From contig OZ316896.1 of NCBI GenBank assembly GCA_973895155.1, forward strand, positions 5,089,925-5,153,924: a stretch of DNA of 64,000 bases. Direction: 5' to 3'. The position numbers and the translations under genes were made by a program. Below the pieces are notes generated by a model. The model was not told the DNA's origin and did not search any database. It saw only the letters and a list, made by a program, of their open reading frames with translations. Below are positions 48,603-63,050 of the stretch, piece by piece. How positions within the stretch are numbered: the first letter of the stretch is position 1; the number at the start of each line of letters is the position of its first letter. Origin of the DNA: Marsupella aquatica (lineage: Eukaryota; Plantae; Marchantiophyta).

Positions 48603-51600
48603 AACAATTATGATCCAGTTTTAGCTTTGGGATCTGCTCCAAACTGTATCTGTGGGTTCCATCTGAGTTAAGCACCACATGAGTTTGTAAAAGTTGTAGG
48701 AATTTATGTGAAAAAAGTAAAAATGCAAAACTAGGGGCACATTCTAAAGAGGTTCAATCACACGAAAAAGAATAGAGAATATAGAGTGTACATCCTCAAC
48801 AGGCACAAAAAATTAATTTTGAAACAACAAAAGAAATAGCCACTTGCGAAATTCTCTCACAAACTCCACTTTGACTTTTCATAAAACTAGAATCTAAGTT
48901 GTTGGATTCTTTTCTACTTTGGCTTTAGACTACTTTATTGTATCCAAAAGACTTAGTCCCTTTCCAAGGTTTTGTTCACCAGAAAACCCAGCCGTAGAAC
49001 ATGTTTTCTACTGCATCTATACATCAAACTGCCAAAGAGCCAAAAGCGCAAACTTGGATCCCAAAGACACGAGACCTGATAAAGGGAGCAAACAAGGGAA
49101 AACTTCCAGGAAGATAAAAGGCAAAAAAGCCCATTAGTCCTGCAAATGGCACTTAGGAACTAAAGCCCTCCTGAACAGCACTTTGAAAAACTTAGTAAAG
49201 CTCTAGAAAACCCAGAAGAGGGTCACAAAGAGGAATTTTTCTAGAGACCCTAAAAAGGACATATAGAGCTAAGAACCTCAAACTGAAGAAGTCACAAATG
49301 CTTTAAAGTGAATTAACTACCAAAGTTAGCATTAGTGTTCAGCCAATTGGAGTTGCTTTTACACACAATTTCTTTGTAAACAGTAGCACTCCTCCCTTTC
49401 CAAGACATGTTACTTAGTATTTGTGTATATCCTCATTGTATTGCTTTGTTGTTATGCTAATCATTACCCATCCTGATTCATGGCATTTCATCAAGCTTGG
49501 GTTTCAAGATTTGTGAGTGTATCCAGATGGTAGTCTTCTCCATCTTCCCATTGTTGTGCTAGTCATAGACCTTGGTGACTCATTGCATTTCATCTATATC
49601 TTCACATTTTGGTTGGTTTTGAATGATCCGACCTTCAACATCTTGCAATTTCTTCATCATTGGACAGTCATCACCATCCTCAACATTCTCCCTCACCCTT
49701 GACCAATAGGGACAAGGAAATGGGACAGCCAACCAGGAGGGGGTGGAGGGGAGACAAATAAAAGGCCCAGCCCAATGGCAAGGGTTGGAAAGGGTGCTGC
49801 AGTTAGGGTATCTTGAGGACATGGACCTTGCCAGATGTTGACAATTAAATTACTTCATGCTAACTATAGTTAGTTTGCTTAACCAGTGGTGAAAAAAGAT
49901 GGCAATGTAGAAATTAAACTAAAAAAATTTACAAAGTTCCATTTAGACTAAAAAAGAGTGCCAGTGTAGTGAAACTAAGTATATAAAAGAAAGTAGCCAA
50001 GTTCATGTTAGGTATTTACTCAAAGTCTAGGGTTACGACATGTAACCATAGTTAGACTAACCGTAGTCGGAGATGTGGTTAGGTTAACTAGGATGCACAC
50101 TATATGCCAAGCGGTGTTTGCTTGGATAAGTGGAACTTAGGCTCATTGTTATGGAGCCACTTGAGAGATGAGGAGAGCTTACACTGTGGAGACTTGGTAT
50201 GGCCGACGGGTAATAGAGTTCAGTTCTCTTGTATGTTCCCGTGGACGTAGCCTCGAGGAGGTGAACCACGTATCTCTTGTGTCGACTACTTGCGCAATGG
50301 ATGTGTCATGTGCTTACCGTTACGAGTGTTGTCTATGCTCAACAGTTCAGACCTGCAACACAAAGCCTACCTGCCTACTCATAAACTACTGACTACTCAA
50401 AGTTAATGATAATGGCTATGGTGTGAGTGACCCAGAACCTTCACTTAGTTCCACTCTCAACTCCTCTCCTATAGAGTGGAATTGGAATTCTTTTGTGTGG
50501 AAGACAAACAATGCAGGGAGACACTTTGTGGAGGCATGGATGAATTTGAACTTACCACCTAGCAATATTATTCTCATGTTTTAATTTTTAGTTTTAAACA
50601 ATGTTTACACTGAAAAGTCAGGGTTTACACCAGGATGCTTATAATATTCTTAAAAAAATACATGACTAAATGAGTTTGAGGCTTCACAAGGACCCCCAAA
50701 ATATTGTGTTAGTCCAGCCCAGACTTTTAATAATTATTTAAGGCAGTCAGATTTGCTGTTGGCCTGCTATCCCTGATTATACTGACAAACATACCCTCGT
50801 CTGACCTCATCTCTGGGGATTAAATCATGGCTCTGACATCCCTTCTTCTATCCTTCCAAAAGTATATCACATCGCCAAAGAATAAAAAGAGCCAAACCAG
50901 GAGACAGTATCGCAACAAAGGAGAAAACAACGGTGAAAGTGGTGAAGACCAAGTAGCCTTAGAGTAAGGGCAAAGGACTAACTTACAAAAATGGGCCAAA
51001 CAAAGTGGAGTACAGGCAAAAGAGTTCCATACCAAACTCAAAAGAAAGTCAAATGCAACCCCAAAACCTAGAAGGAAAAATAGGAGGAAAAAGAAGTCAG
51101 AGAGACCCCTACAACGAACTAAAGCCCTTGTGAGTAGCAAACTGAAAAGCCTGGTACAAAAGGGAAGCTCTCTAGAGCTCAAAGTGATACAAACACTGGT
51201 ACCAAGGCACCGACACTTCCAGAAGCTATATTGGTCAGGGTGTACATCCTGTTGCTATATATCACACTCTGCCAAAAAGATCATGTTCCAGAAAGATTTG
51301 ACTATATGTACCATACCTACAGTACTATAGCTGCTGACTGATTGGATTGGATTAGATTGTATTGGGCCTTCGAGAAATGTGATGGTTGAAAAGACGTTGT
51401 CCATGAATCTCATGAACCAAGACTGACTTACTTTTGCATTCCTTGGTGCGAGAAATTGGCTTTTTATTTTGGCGTTTGTCCTCTTTGGACCTCTTTTCCT
51501 CTTGTAGTTTTTTGATTCCTTTTTGTATAAATTATGGTTCTTTCTGAAAGAAAATTACAATCATTGGCTTTTGTTTTGTTTCGTTTTTCCTTTTTCTTTG

Positions 51601-52849
51601 TAGAAGGCAACGGTGCGCAAAATGCATTACAACACAGCCGCTGTGTAAACCAGCTAAGGCAGAGAAAACACAATCCAAGCAGCCTAAGGCAAGGACTACC
51701 ACAGGGATGACCACGTTGGGGCATGCCCTGTGTCAAAACTTGATAATTTTACCTCTAAATTATAGCTCAATGCCGTAAATAATCTATCTAAATTTCAATT
51801 TTTACTTTGAGAACAATGTATACACGGCATATCAGCGTTTTACATGAAAAAATGCTAACTAAGAATGTTCCAAGGACATGCATTGTAATGGCTTTTCAAA
51901 GTTTCAAAAGCAACTACTAGAAAAATTATCCCCAGGAACTGAAATTTTCAAGAAGGGCAGCTTTTTAAATAACTATTCCTACACTGCTGAATCATGCTGC
52001 AGTTCCACCCGCAACCCAGAGGAACCCCAGGAGGTTCTAGTCAGATTTTTTGTCCATGAAAGGTTGCATTTAAATTCATTGAACAATCTATATAACCCAT
52101 TCTTTGAAGGCCTTGACTACTTTTACACAGAATGGCCTTGAGGGAGTTGTAGCCAATAGCCCCCAAAGAGACCATGGATTATAGACCTTTTGACCCTCTT
52201 ATTGCTGGGAAACTTTCATCCGAGTCTCATAACCCTAGAGCTAGGCTGAGCAGGGGATCCTCAAAATCTTGTAACCCCAAACCAGGATGGCGAAGGGGTT
52301 TAGGCTGATAAGTGTGAACAAAACTTACTACCAAGAAAAAACTACACTAAGGGTTTACAAGTAGCTCAAAGCTAGCCTTGCAGGCAGAGCATCTTGCTTG
52401 ATGTTGTCACGCTCAGCTCTTATGGTCATGAAAGTTGAGAAGAATAAAGTTTTCTTTTTGCACCGTCCATAGACTCCAACAGTGAGTAATCTCAAAGGAA
52501 ACAATTGGACAACTTAGTCCAAAGAGTCATTATTTTGCAATTCCTGGTGACCAAACACTTTTGTGGCAGCCACCAGCGTTTTTCCTAGTGGCAAATTTTA
52601 GCCAAATTCCACCCCTCAACTGATTCCTTCACCAATTTTAGCTAAAGTTTGCCACCAGGCCACAGGGTCCATTCAGTGGTCCATCATCCACAATGACATG
52701 GCTATCTTAAATCTAGAGAAATCCAACTGTCAGAAACAAATCACCAAAACTTACATATTAATGTCATTGAGTATTCTTAGCATTCCCCACTCTAGAAAAA
52801 TTAAAAATATTTTAAAAATCACCCTGGCCGTGAGCATCCCAAACCTGAC

Positions 52850-52901
52850 CAGGTCCGCCGCGAGGGCCTCCCGGGGCCGGGCCAGCTTTGACACCCCCTA
52901 G
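52850..52901 (+). mobile_element. Probable Helitron 3' terminus
   Basis: GC-rich palindrome (cccgg gg ccggg) about 16 nt before CTAG|T, ending an AT-rich non-coding tract. The 5' end was not identified. Confidence 0.4.
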
Positions 52902-55900
52902 TACAGTATAGTAGATGTTTGGGGTTGGGGTTGGGGTTGAGGGGGGAGGTTTTTTGCTGGTCCCCACATCAAATTTACAGGAGGAACAGGGTCAGTTTTG
53001 TTATGAAGGTTTTCCCCAATGAAGGTTTTCCATTCCCAGCTCTCCTGTCAATTGCATCGTGGGTAGAAAAATCAGGTAGGCTTTTAATTGCATGATACGT
53101 CGTCCTCCTGTAGTAGTCCTGTTCTGCTGGGGCCACAGTCATATCCCACGCGACACTTCCTTCTAGTCTGGTTGGATTGTTGGAAGCTTTTTCTGATTGA
53201 AAAGTACCTTTCCATTCGGATCTGACAAGTGTGACGCCAACCAGTAAAGTTCAGATTTAAGCCTTTGGAGAACAGTGAGATCACGGCCCTTCCGACCAAA
53301 CGAATTCTGGATCTGATTCAATGAGGATCACGGTTAGTACAACTAACTACTTGCTTCCGTGACGATTCATCCATTATACCAATCAACCACGATCCTCTGT
53401 GCTTGCCTAGTTTTGTAGAAATCCACATTATCAGCATGATTTCAGTTTGATTCTGATTTGTGAGCAACTAATCTGGTGACTTCACTGCAGTACTGTAGTT
53501 GCTAAGAATTAGGGTTCGAAGAAATGAGATGAATTGAAGGTTCGTGACCTATCTGCTATGTTCCACAGTAGACCTTCTGACGCTTGGGTAAAAGATACTG
53601 TACTTGGGCGGTGTGAACTGTTATCCGACCAGTAGAGGGAGGTGGTGATGAAGAAGGTCAACGTGGTTCGCGCAAATTGGGCTGGTGGCACTATTGTCTA
53701 GCCCATATCATGGGGTACCTACTTAATGTGAATAAGTTGTCAAACAGTCTCAAGGATCGATATATTGTTATGGTGTATTGAAGATTAAGAAAAGTCAATT
53801 TTGTGTTACCTGGATTGGACCTGAGTGAGTGGATCTGTGCAAGCTCACAAATGTCAGTTGCAGGGGAGCCTTACGCTACAGGTCTTTTCCGTCTGCTACA
53901 ATCATGACGGCGTCTCAGCTCGATCAGCAGCCGTCATTATTTTGCCTGCAGCTGCTAGTGAATCAAACTGCAAAGCAGCAACACCCGAGCTGTTTTGTCC
54001 TGGCAATGCATGCCTAAGATTCTACATTGGTGTGAGCGTACTGCAGATCAATTCGTTGTGTTCAAGTGTTATAGAGACAATCCTGTAGATTTGCACTTCA
54101 ATTTTGCACGAAGACAAATCTGCTGAAGTCTGTCTGTGATACGATGCATGTGCCTCTGAAATATATGTCTTTGTTGCGTAGTGAAAGATTGTGTTACTGA
54201 ACATCGACCCAAGATCTTACAAATTTCCACGAATTTTGAGGGCGCCTGACAGTCCATCACAAGTTATCGATGAACCTGAGTATCGATTGTCAGATGTATT
54301 CATAAACTAAGGATTTCTCGCCTATTTTTTACGGGTGAGTTTAAATCTTTTGGGTAGGTCAGGAAGCTATGTTGCCAGGATGGTGACGCAAGCCAATCGA
54401 CATGCATGTTGCAAACCTGCCGCGTCAAAGTTTAAAAACTGAGTATTGAAGATTAAGAAAACAAGACCATTCGACAGACTGTCCACCCAATTTAAACTTC
54501 TGCCACAAGTTTTTGAAACACTTGCAGGAATCGTTGAAGGATTTGCGATGGATCCGTTGCATGCTGTGAAATCTCCGAACAATACCCGAGGCATGGAAAC
54601 TTGTGAAAGTAGGACAATATCCGACTCTTTGCAAGTTTGCTGTTTCGCATTCTGCGAGGGAATTGAGTCAGTGTTTGTTCCAGAGCAGTTCATGTGCCTT
54701 TTCAAAACCCTTCTCGGGTGCAGCTTTATTCTGACTTTAACGAATTCCGTGAAGGGGTAATTACGGTACCCTTGGGTGGCCCCACCGAACTTACTCCAAA
54801 CTGACAGTAATGGGGTCTACCAACCTCAGCTCTCTGCACACTAAAGTGGGGCGGGTAAAAGTCTTCTGGACAGGCACCCTTCAAAACAGTAGATAAAAGC
54901 GTATCTTCACATTGATGTGCTGCAAGATGGAGACAGTCACCAGACAACGCTTTGCAACAGCTATTTGATTTACAAAGTTGTTTGCTGGTGTAACGGCTAC
55001 CAGAACGGGACTAGAGTCCTGCTGCAAGAACGTGAATACCAGAGTTGATGAGAAGCAGAAACACGATGCGAAACGAAGCATTTCGCCGACTACAGGCGTG
55101 TTAACTGGGTCCACTAGCTTTAGCATCTTCTCCCCAGGCTTTTATCACTTTTCACGACTGCGTCTATGGCGCACACCAAGTTCCCGCTCTTCTAACAATT
55201 GATAATTTCACTTCGAAATTGTTGAGATAAAAAGTTGGCCTGGAAATTGATGTTCAAAGACTCCCTCACATTATCCTCCTCTAGTATGTCTTGCATTGAA
55301 AGACATTTTTGCAACACATAATAAAGAGTTATCCTCCTCTACAGCACTAGAAAAGGTCGCGTCAGCTCAACTAAACATGTCGAGTAGACTGAGACTTAAG
55401 TGACTTCGATTTTAGTTCTCGATGATATTATAATGTCTCAACAAAACTCACCGTGGGCGAGGCCAAAATTTCGCAGAACCGGAAATTGCGGGGGAATTTA
55501 TACCGGAACCTACTCAACAAACCCAAAACGCGAGTCAAGAACGGCAATTCAAGTCGCTTCGTGAATTCAACGAACCAAGGTCACGTTTATTGTGTCACTG
55601 AGAGATTGAATTGGTAAAGTTGGTTTACCAGAATCATCTTCATTAAAGCTGTCTCTAAAAATTTACTTGACTGTACAGTACCGGCTCTATGCCGAGAGAT
55701 TACAACTACCTTCATGCTCCAATTCGTCACTTATCCACCCATTGAGACAATTGGGTGTTAAATTTAGATTCACAAGCCATTCCACCTGCCCCTCTACCTA
55801 ACCTACCCACCAAAACTCGGAGATTGACAAAATGGCTGTGGACACGAGAGACCAACACCTGACTCCTGCAAAATGCTCCTACCGTAGACGGGAAGAAAAA

Positions 55901-56044
55901 TCATCGCTCTAGTACTTGCTGAAAGACTTTCTGGGATTACTGTACGTGATGTCCTCCTTGTGTCATATGGGCACACCAGGAATTCTCGTCGCAATGACGG
56001 GTAATTACATGACCAACAAACGATTTAGCGTTTCCCAAGTCGGC

Positions 56045-57448
56045 TCATCGGGTGGCGATCGGGGCGGTGGCCATGGACGTCGGCAGCTTGCTCTTGAAAG
56101 TGAGGAAAGATCGGAAATTGGAAAGGCGCCCTTTACCAGCTTTGGTAGCTCCCCTTAAAACAGGCCCCATGCACGCAGGAACGTTGAGAACGGGGGTCAC
56201 TCGGATGTTGGAGTAGCCGGATCTGTCAGGGCTCCGTCGAATTTCCCTGGACCTGAGAGCTCTACACTGATCTTGGAGTGAAGCCGAACTCCTCCCCCCT
56301 GAAGCAACTCTGTCAAGACCTCTTACGATGACCCTGCCCGATGGACTCCTCCCAAAATTGGCACCCCGAACGGGGGTTTTGATTGGGCTAACTCTTCCAG
56401 CATTGGTGGTGCTACTACTGCTGTTGCTGCTGTTCGGTCTTGCTCTGGCTCGGGTGGGGTTGAAGGTAAACACATCAGAGCTTTGAGCGCTGGAGCTCTT
56501 TCCACGAAAATCTGGCCTACTCGGCTCGGAGCTGGTGGACTGAGGGGTATACACACCGGGAGCCTTGTTTCTATAATCTACAGCAGCGGCGGAGGCGCTT
56601 GTGCTGCTCCTGGATGGAAGGCGCATGGAAGAGGAAGCGGAATCCCACGAGTTTTTTCCCTTCGAGGCGGATGGCACTGTTGAAGCCGTGGTAGTGGAAG
56701 CATGTGAAGTCCGGGAGGTAGATGGAGCTACGTGAGAAGTACTACCGGAGGTCCCCTTGAGATCCTGCTCAGGACCACTCCCTGTACCGAAGATTTGCTT
56801 GAAAAACTTCTTCTTGCCATGAAATGTTTTGGGAGGAAGGAGGCTCTCATCCGGAATCCGTTGCCTTCCTGAGTCCGACTTCACTCGGCGAAGGGCTCCA
56901 AAAAGTTCTCTCCACTTCGGACCCTTAGGGGTCCTCAACGAGGAGGGACCCAGCACGCAGCCCAATGAAGACGGTCCATCGACGCCCTCCGAATTCAGCT
57001 CCCTAGACATGGTCCCCGCAGAACAACTCAGAGGTCCATCCGGAAGAGAAGAGGATGTCTCAAACTCCACACTATCGTCTGTACCAGTGGAGTGGCGGGG
57101 GAGGTAACCCGGGAGAAGTTTGCCTTTGTGGAAGAGCTCGTCGGCAGGAACAATAAAACCCGGGGTGTCATTTCCTGCCACATTCAAAGATGACATGGAG
57201 AACTCGAATTCTGAGGGGTAACCGTCGGAGCTTTCTCCTTCCTCCTCCATCTGCTTCTTCTTCTCTGGAGACAATCTAGCGGAACGTGATTTGCCAGTCG
57301 AATCCGGCGAAAATTCGATGTATTCGTTTGAAAATGAAACGCTCGGACTCAACCATCCAAAAATAACCTGACTAGGGCATTTCTCGCTGTGATACTCGCC
57401 GTAGTCATTGTGAAGGTCCAAAGTCTCCATAATGCTCCTGTGCGACAT
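56045..57448 (-). CDS. Ser-rich MAKR/BKI1-like (membrane-associated kinase regulator-like) protein, 467 aa, single coding exon
   Basis: Long intact ORF with motifs SPSVSFS, EFEF, PADELFHKGKLLP, KWRELFG and C-terminal RVTPVLNVP, typical of MAKR-like plant proteins. Confidence 0.75.
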   Translation of the reverse strand: MSHRSIMETLDLHNDYGEYHSEKCPSQVIFGWLSPSVSFSNEYIEFSPDSTGKSRSARLSPEKKKQMEEEGESSDGYPSEFEFSMSSLNVAGNDTPGFIVPADELFHKGKLLPGYLPRHSTGTDDSVEFETSSSLPDGPLSCSAGTMSRELNSEGVDGPSSLGCVLGPSSLRTPKGPKWRELFGALRRVKSDSGRQRIPDESLLPPKTFHGKKKFFKQIFGTGSGPEQDLKGTSGSTSHVAPSTSRTSHASTTTASTVPSASKGKNSWDSASSSMRLPSRSSTSASAAAVDYRNKAPGVYTPQSTSSEPSRPDFRGKSSSAQSSDVFTFNPTRARARPNSSNSSSSTTNAGRVSPIKTPVRGANFGRSPSGRVIVRGLDRVASGGRSSASLQDQCRALRSREIRRSPDRSGYSNIRVTPVLNVPACMGPVLRGATKAGKGRLSNFRSFLTFKSKLPTSMATAPIATR

Positions 57449-59064
57449 CTTTGCAGCACTGCTAGGCTAGCTGAGCAGCTCGTACAATCTCGACCAAACG
57501 TAATGAATGCGAAAGAGTTCCCACAATCTTCTTACGGCCGACCTTCCGAATTAGCTACTGTTCACACTTTCCCAAGACGATGGAAACAAAAACCTGGTCC
57601 TCGTCCCAATTCCCTTAAAGCTGTGTGTCCTAAGCAAGGTACAGTCTTCCAGACACTAGGAGAACCCCACGGCGAAAGAAATGATCAGAGTTGTCGACAT
57701 TCAAACCTCCGGCCTCCACATACCTGCTAACCGTCCAGCGCCATCAAATTCTCGGTTTGAGGGGTAAACTCTGCGTCTTCTGATGCTTCAGTACCACAGC
57801 TCTCACAGGCGAATTGCTCAAAGGCTACCACAGGTCAAACAAAATCTTTTCTTAAACACGACCGACCTGATACGAATCCATAGACGGGACCGAGCGAGAT
57901 GATGAAGTACTTGTGAGCAATACACCTGAATTCTTCGTCTACCTACACTGCTCACAAAATGCGACAGTTTCACTGCTCAAGCAACCTTCTTCCTCCTCGG
58001 AAAACTCAGCTCAGCTCAGCTCATGTCGACGATAAATGCAGTGCAGATGTGTCAAGTAAATTAAGACCTGAGCAGAAAAAGCTCTCGAAGGTTATAAGTC
58101 GGAATGCAACGGTCCATATTCCACATATTGAATAAGCCTCCGCTGAGTTATTGGGACCTGTCGGTGACTCTCTCCCACAACAAGGTATCCGTGACCTCTT
58201 CCGGATACTCCGCCTCCTCCAGGTACAGCTTCTCCAGGCAGTTCATGCCACAATCACCTCGTTAAACCGTTACAGCGCAAGTAAACCCCCGTCTCCCACG
58301 CTAGATGGTCATGTGGCCTCGACAAAATCTCAGCAGGTCGTATAGTCTTATACCGTGCATGCCGTGCCCCAGGAACCTGTAAGAACCCACGAGGCTACTA
58401 CCACCAGCCGCAACTTGGGAATGTTGCGCTGATTGTTCGCTCCCCAAGATTGGCAAGTCAAAATCAGGTCACCGCAAATCTGTTCTAACCTGAGTGAAGC
58501 ATGGCGTACATGGCTCCCAGCGAGCTCTCTCTTCACTCGCTGCACCACGACGAGGCATGACAGATTTCTCGCTCACCTGATTCGCCGCCGTCCGCAGAAG
58601 CTTCACGCATACCGCGGAGGACGACGCGGAGACAGAAATCTGGAGAGCAATCAAAGCACTCAATCACTCTCTCACTCACTCTCACTCACTCATCAAATGG
58701 ACGCTCCACTCCGACCGACGCAAATGTGGAAGGACTCTCCACTACAAAAGACGACGAAGGCCAGATCGACCGATGACCCACCGATCGATGACGTCTAGCA
58801 GAAGAAACGGAAGCTGGGTCTAGTGGTCTAGTGGTCTAGCTCTCGGTGAGCAGGACGAGGCCGCAGCGATGGAGGAGGGGTCTCGGCACTCGGCAAGCCA
58901 GCAACAGACTGAAGCGAGCCAAGGACTGGTGACCTCCATCAACTGTGCCCAACGCAATCCAACGCAGCCCAACACAACGCAACGCAGCAAAAGCTCGGCA
59001 GAATTTGGTGCCGTTGTTATGGCCAATTTGCACCATCATTCTCAGCACACGGCGTCGAACGCGC

Positions 59065-59840
59065 TACTCGTGTGACTGTATCACTACTCGTGTAAACTAC
59101 TCGTGCGAGTATTGACTGTATCCCTGTGTAACTGCTCGTGTCACTGTATGACTGTATCCCTGTATGACTGCTCGTGTCACTGTGTGACTGTGTGACTACT
59201 GTGTACCTACTCCCGTGACTGTATGACTGGATCCCTGTATGACTTGTGTGACTGTGCCCTTGTATACCGTAGTGTCACTCTACTACTGTATCCCTATATG
59301 ACTACTTGTGTACCTACTCGTATGATTGTATGACTGTAACCCTGTATGACTGCTCGTGTGACTGTATCCTTGTATACCATAGTGTCACTCTATTGTATGA
59401 CTGGATCCCTGTATGACTGCTTGTGTGACTGTGCCCTTGTATACCGTAGTGTCACTCTACTACTGTATCCCTATATGACTACTTGTGTACCTACTCGTAT
59501 GATTGTATGACTGTAACCCTGTATGACTGCTCGTGTGACTGTATCCTTGTATACCATAGTGTCACTCTATTGTATGACTGTATCCCTGTATGACTACTTG
59601 TGTACCTACTCGTGAGATTGTATCCTTGTATACCATTGTGTCACTCTACTGTATGACTGTATCCCTGTATGACTACTTGTGTACCTACTCGTGTATGACT
59701 GCTCGTGTCACTGTATGATTGTATCCCTGTATGACTGCTCGTGTGACTGCTTGACTGTATGACTACTTGTGTACCTACTCGTGTGACTGTATGACTGTAT
59801 CCGTATATGAATACAGCGAGTATCTACTCGTGTGACGGTG
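59065..59840 (+). repeat. Degenerate minisatellite of tgtatgac / tgtatccc / tactcgtg units with a higher-order ~180-bp duplication
   Basis: Visible short-unit array. 59220-59395 is repeated at about 59395-59575. Confidence 0.85.
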
Positions 59841-62444
59841 TCAGGGTGTGACCAACTGCTTTGTGTAATTACTCGTGTCATTCCAAGGACACCACACTAC
59901 CACAGTGCCAACATCACTTCTATCAAAAACCACTGTAAATAATGATAAAACTGTCGGCCAACTAACCACATATTTTGGGGTCGTTGTGATTTTGTCCCGA
60001 AAGTTTAGTAATATTTTGACCATCTTGGTGGAAACACTGAGCTTTCAGTGCATGCATTGTTTTACCCCAAACAAAACAAAAACAAGATAGTAATATTCTC
60101 TCCTTCCTGCAGATTCCATTGGGGTTTGGCTGCATAAGTGAGATGCCTAGGAAATGACCATTGCAGGAGCTGGCAAGTTGGATTGGCAACTGAATTTCAA
60201 GGAGTATACAAGTTGGACAAGTTGGACCTGAAGCTAGTAAGAGGGATCAGTTGGGTTCAAAAAGCTGCACAGTTGAAAAGCAGCACAGTGCTACCATTAG
60301 GGAAAATGTTAGGATAGCCATTGGCGAATGAGGCTTGCACAACACTAACATTTCATAAAACTGACCATGAGAAAGAAAGAGCTTCATTACGTATCATGGT
60401 CTTCAGACTTGCACCACCATTCTGGGCAAACTACATCAAATGTGCTACCAGTGTGACTGTATGACTACTAGGGGAAAAACTACTCCTTTGACTTCATGAC
60501 TGTATCCCAAGAATTTTACTCCAAAAGTGCCACCATTCTCATCGCACGGCATCAAAGGCACTACTCGACTGACTGTATGAATCAAACTGAGAAAATAGTT
60601 GGGGATCCTTGTGATTGTGGGGGTGCATTCTAAGAACATTTTGAGCATCTAGTCGTCCCCCTCAACTTTTCAGTGTATGGGTTGCTTTTCAATTAACAGT
60701 GGAAAAGGATAATAACATTCTCACCCTGGTGGTTGGGGATCCTATTGGGGAAACAATGTTGTAATTGTTGCCCATGTACCAGCCCCTGTTGCAGCTAAGG
60801 CAGCACATTGTTATGGTTAATTCGCACCAACATTCTAAGCATGGTTTCTAAAGTGCTGCTTGAGTTACTGTGTGACTTTATGTGACTATATCCCCAGAGC
60901 TTGGTACTGTAGTGCCGCATTGATGTGCAAACACCATATAATTATTAAGCTTTCTAGCCAACTAGCACAATTTCCTTCTCATTTTGCTGTGGAAATGTTA
61001 GAATTATTCTGATCATCCTGGTGTAAGCACTCAGTTTTCAGTAAATGCTTTGTTTTAAAACAAACAAAAGAAAACAATATTTCAAGGAAACAAATGGAAA
61101 CAAGATAATAATGTTCTTGCCCACTCAGGTGGTTGCTGACCCTACTAAGGAAATAATGCTGCACTTGTTGGCCTTGTATTGGGTAGTGTAGTGCCAAACG
61201 GGTTGTTCTTGTCACTATATGACTGTATCCCAGGAATATGACTTAGTGCAAAACAGCTTTGCATAAAAGTCACTGTGAAAAATACTGGAGGCATACAATC
61301 CTGGCAGTGGGGGCAATGACAGGTAATTGTAGCATGCAAGCAAACAACAAAAAATTTACTACTATGAGTGAAAAAAAACCCATTTCACTGTAAGTTAGTC
61401 CCTAGCTAGCCAGAACATGGTTAATAAAATCCAATTTGGGGGACTTTTCTTTTGGCTAGCCAACTTGCTGGCCATGTGGAGTCTTAGAAATGCACTCAAA
61501 ATATAAAAGTGAGCAATAAATAAACAAATTAAAAACCACTAGTGACTATTAACGACTTTCTCCTCTTGTCACATATTCCTGTCAATAATAAATTCCTCGC
61601 ATCATACAATGGGGGATGTGCAGCTAACCCAATAACTTTCTTAACCACAAACTAAATAGTGGCATTGTGTAAATAGACATTCATTGCAACAAGGGCTATG
61701 GCACTTGTGTGATCGCACTGCCTTATTATTGTTGACATTATTACACAGGACCAACCACCATATCCTATGGCTACTCGGTCAACCTGAACTGTGTGGTTAA
61801 CCCTTTCACAAAAACATTGTTGTACGGAGTGGGCCAGGAAGTCCATGGAGGGGACTTTGTATGTTAGGGTCCACTTGGTAAAATTCTGCATGTTTTGGTT
61901 AGTTAAAAAAGTTCTGTTTGGAGGTACACTAAGTATATCTCACGCGAAATGTACAGTTCTGTAAACCAAAAGATGATAAGAACACTCCTACTGTCCTATC
62001 TCCCTAGTTTTAGGTTTGACCTTTAGGCTCAGTCTAATAGATCTGAGGTCACAAACTGACTCATGGAAGAGTGAAAATGTCGTTAATTTTAGCCACAAGT
62101 TCTCTTCAATTTTAGAGGAGTGGAATATAGCCAACTTTTGCCACTAAGAAAAATTTGAAAGAAAACCAAAAAAGAACCCTAAGGTACACATTTCTCGTGT
62201 GCAGTTAATTAAGCTTCTTTTATAACGCGTTACCCTCACAAAGAGGGCGAGCCGGTCTCACAGGTGTACCGGAAGCAAGCGGTCCCAAAGTACAGTCTCG
62301 GACTGTAGTAGTAGTGCCGTAGTGGAGAGGGGACTAGGGGAGCCTGTTCATTTAGGGGCTTACGTTACCGTACTCCCAGTGCATCGGAATTCCACCCATC
62401 ATTCAATGCAAATAACACTCTTTATTTCGCTCATTATTAACTCG

Positions 62445-63050
62445 TATAATTATTTCGATTTGTGGCCCGGCCACAAAACTATGATCATTAGCTACCATTA
62501 AGCCGTTTTTCAAATATTTCGAGAAGGAATAACTCAAGAATCTTTACAACGCTCATCAGCTCACGGTTTTAGTTATTATTACTGTAACGTCTCTAATTTC
62601 AATTGGCCCATAAATGAAGGAGCTCAGACATTAGTAATTGTAATTGCGCACGAATTATTATTGTGGGCCACCATGGAGACGTTTCCTAGTACTCACAAGA
62701 GGCATAATTTAGGAATATTCGATACCCCTTCTCCGATTAATCAGATTATAAACTTCCATTATGGATTTTGTTATTGTTGCTGTAGGGTATTTGCATTCCA
62801 ATTGGCTGATAGAATTAATGACGAAATTCAGACAATAACTACAGTAGACACTGTATTTTGATTGCACATAAATGATTATTATTGGCTACCATGGCGACGT
62901 TTTTCAAATATTTCCAAGATTCATAATCCAGGAATATTCGATACACCCCTTCTCCAATTAATCAGATTATAGTTCTCGTTATTATTGCTGTAACGTGTGT
63001 GAATTTCAATTGGCTGATAAAATTAATGAAGAAATCAAGAACGGCGCAAA
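62445..63050 (+). repeat. ~210-bp diverged tandem repeat, about 3 units
   Basis: Recurrent attattattg..g.caccatgg..acgttt, ggaatattcgata..cccttctcc.attaatcagattata and ttcaattggc. Confidence 0.65.

Noticed and set aside
52950-55950. Short ORFs downstream of the MAKR-like gene
   Set aside because: No motifs, splice-consistent structure or paralogy recognised.
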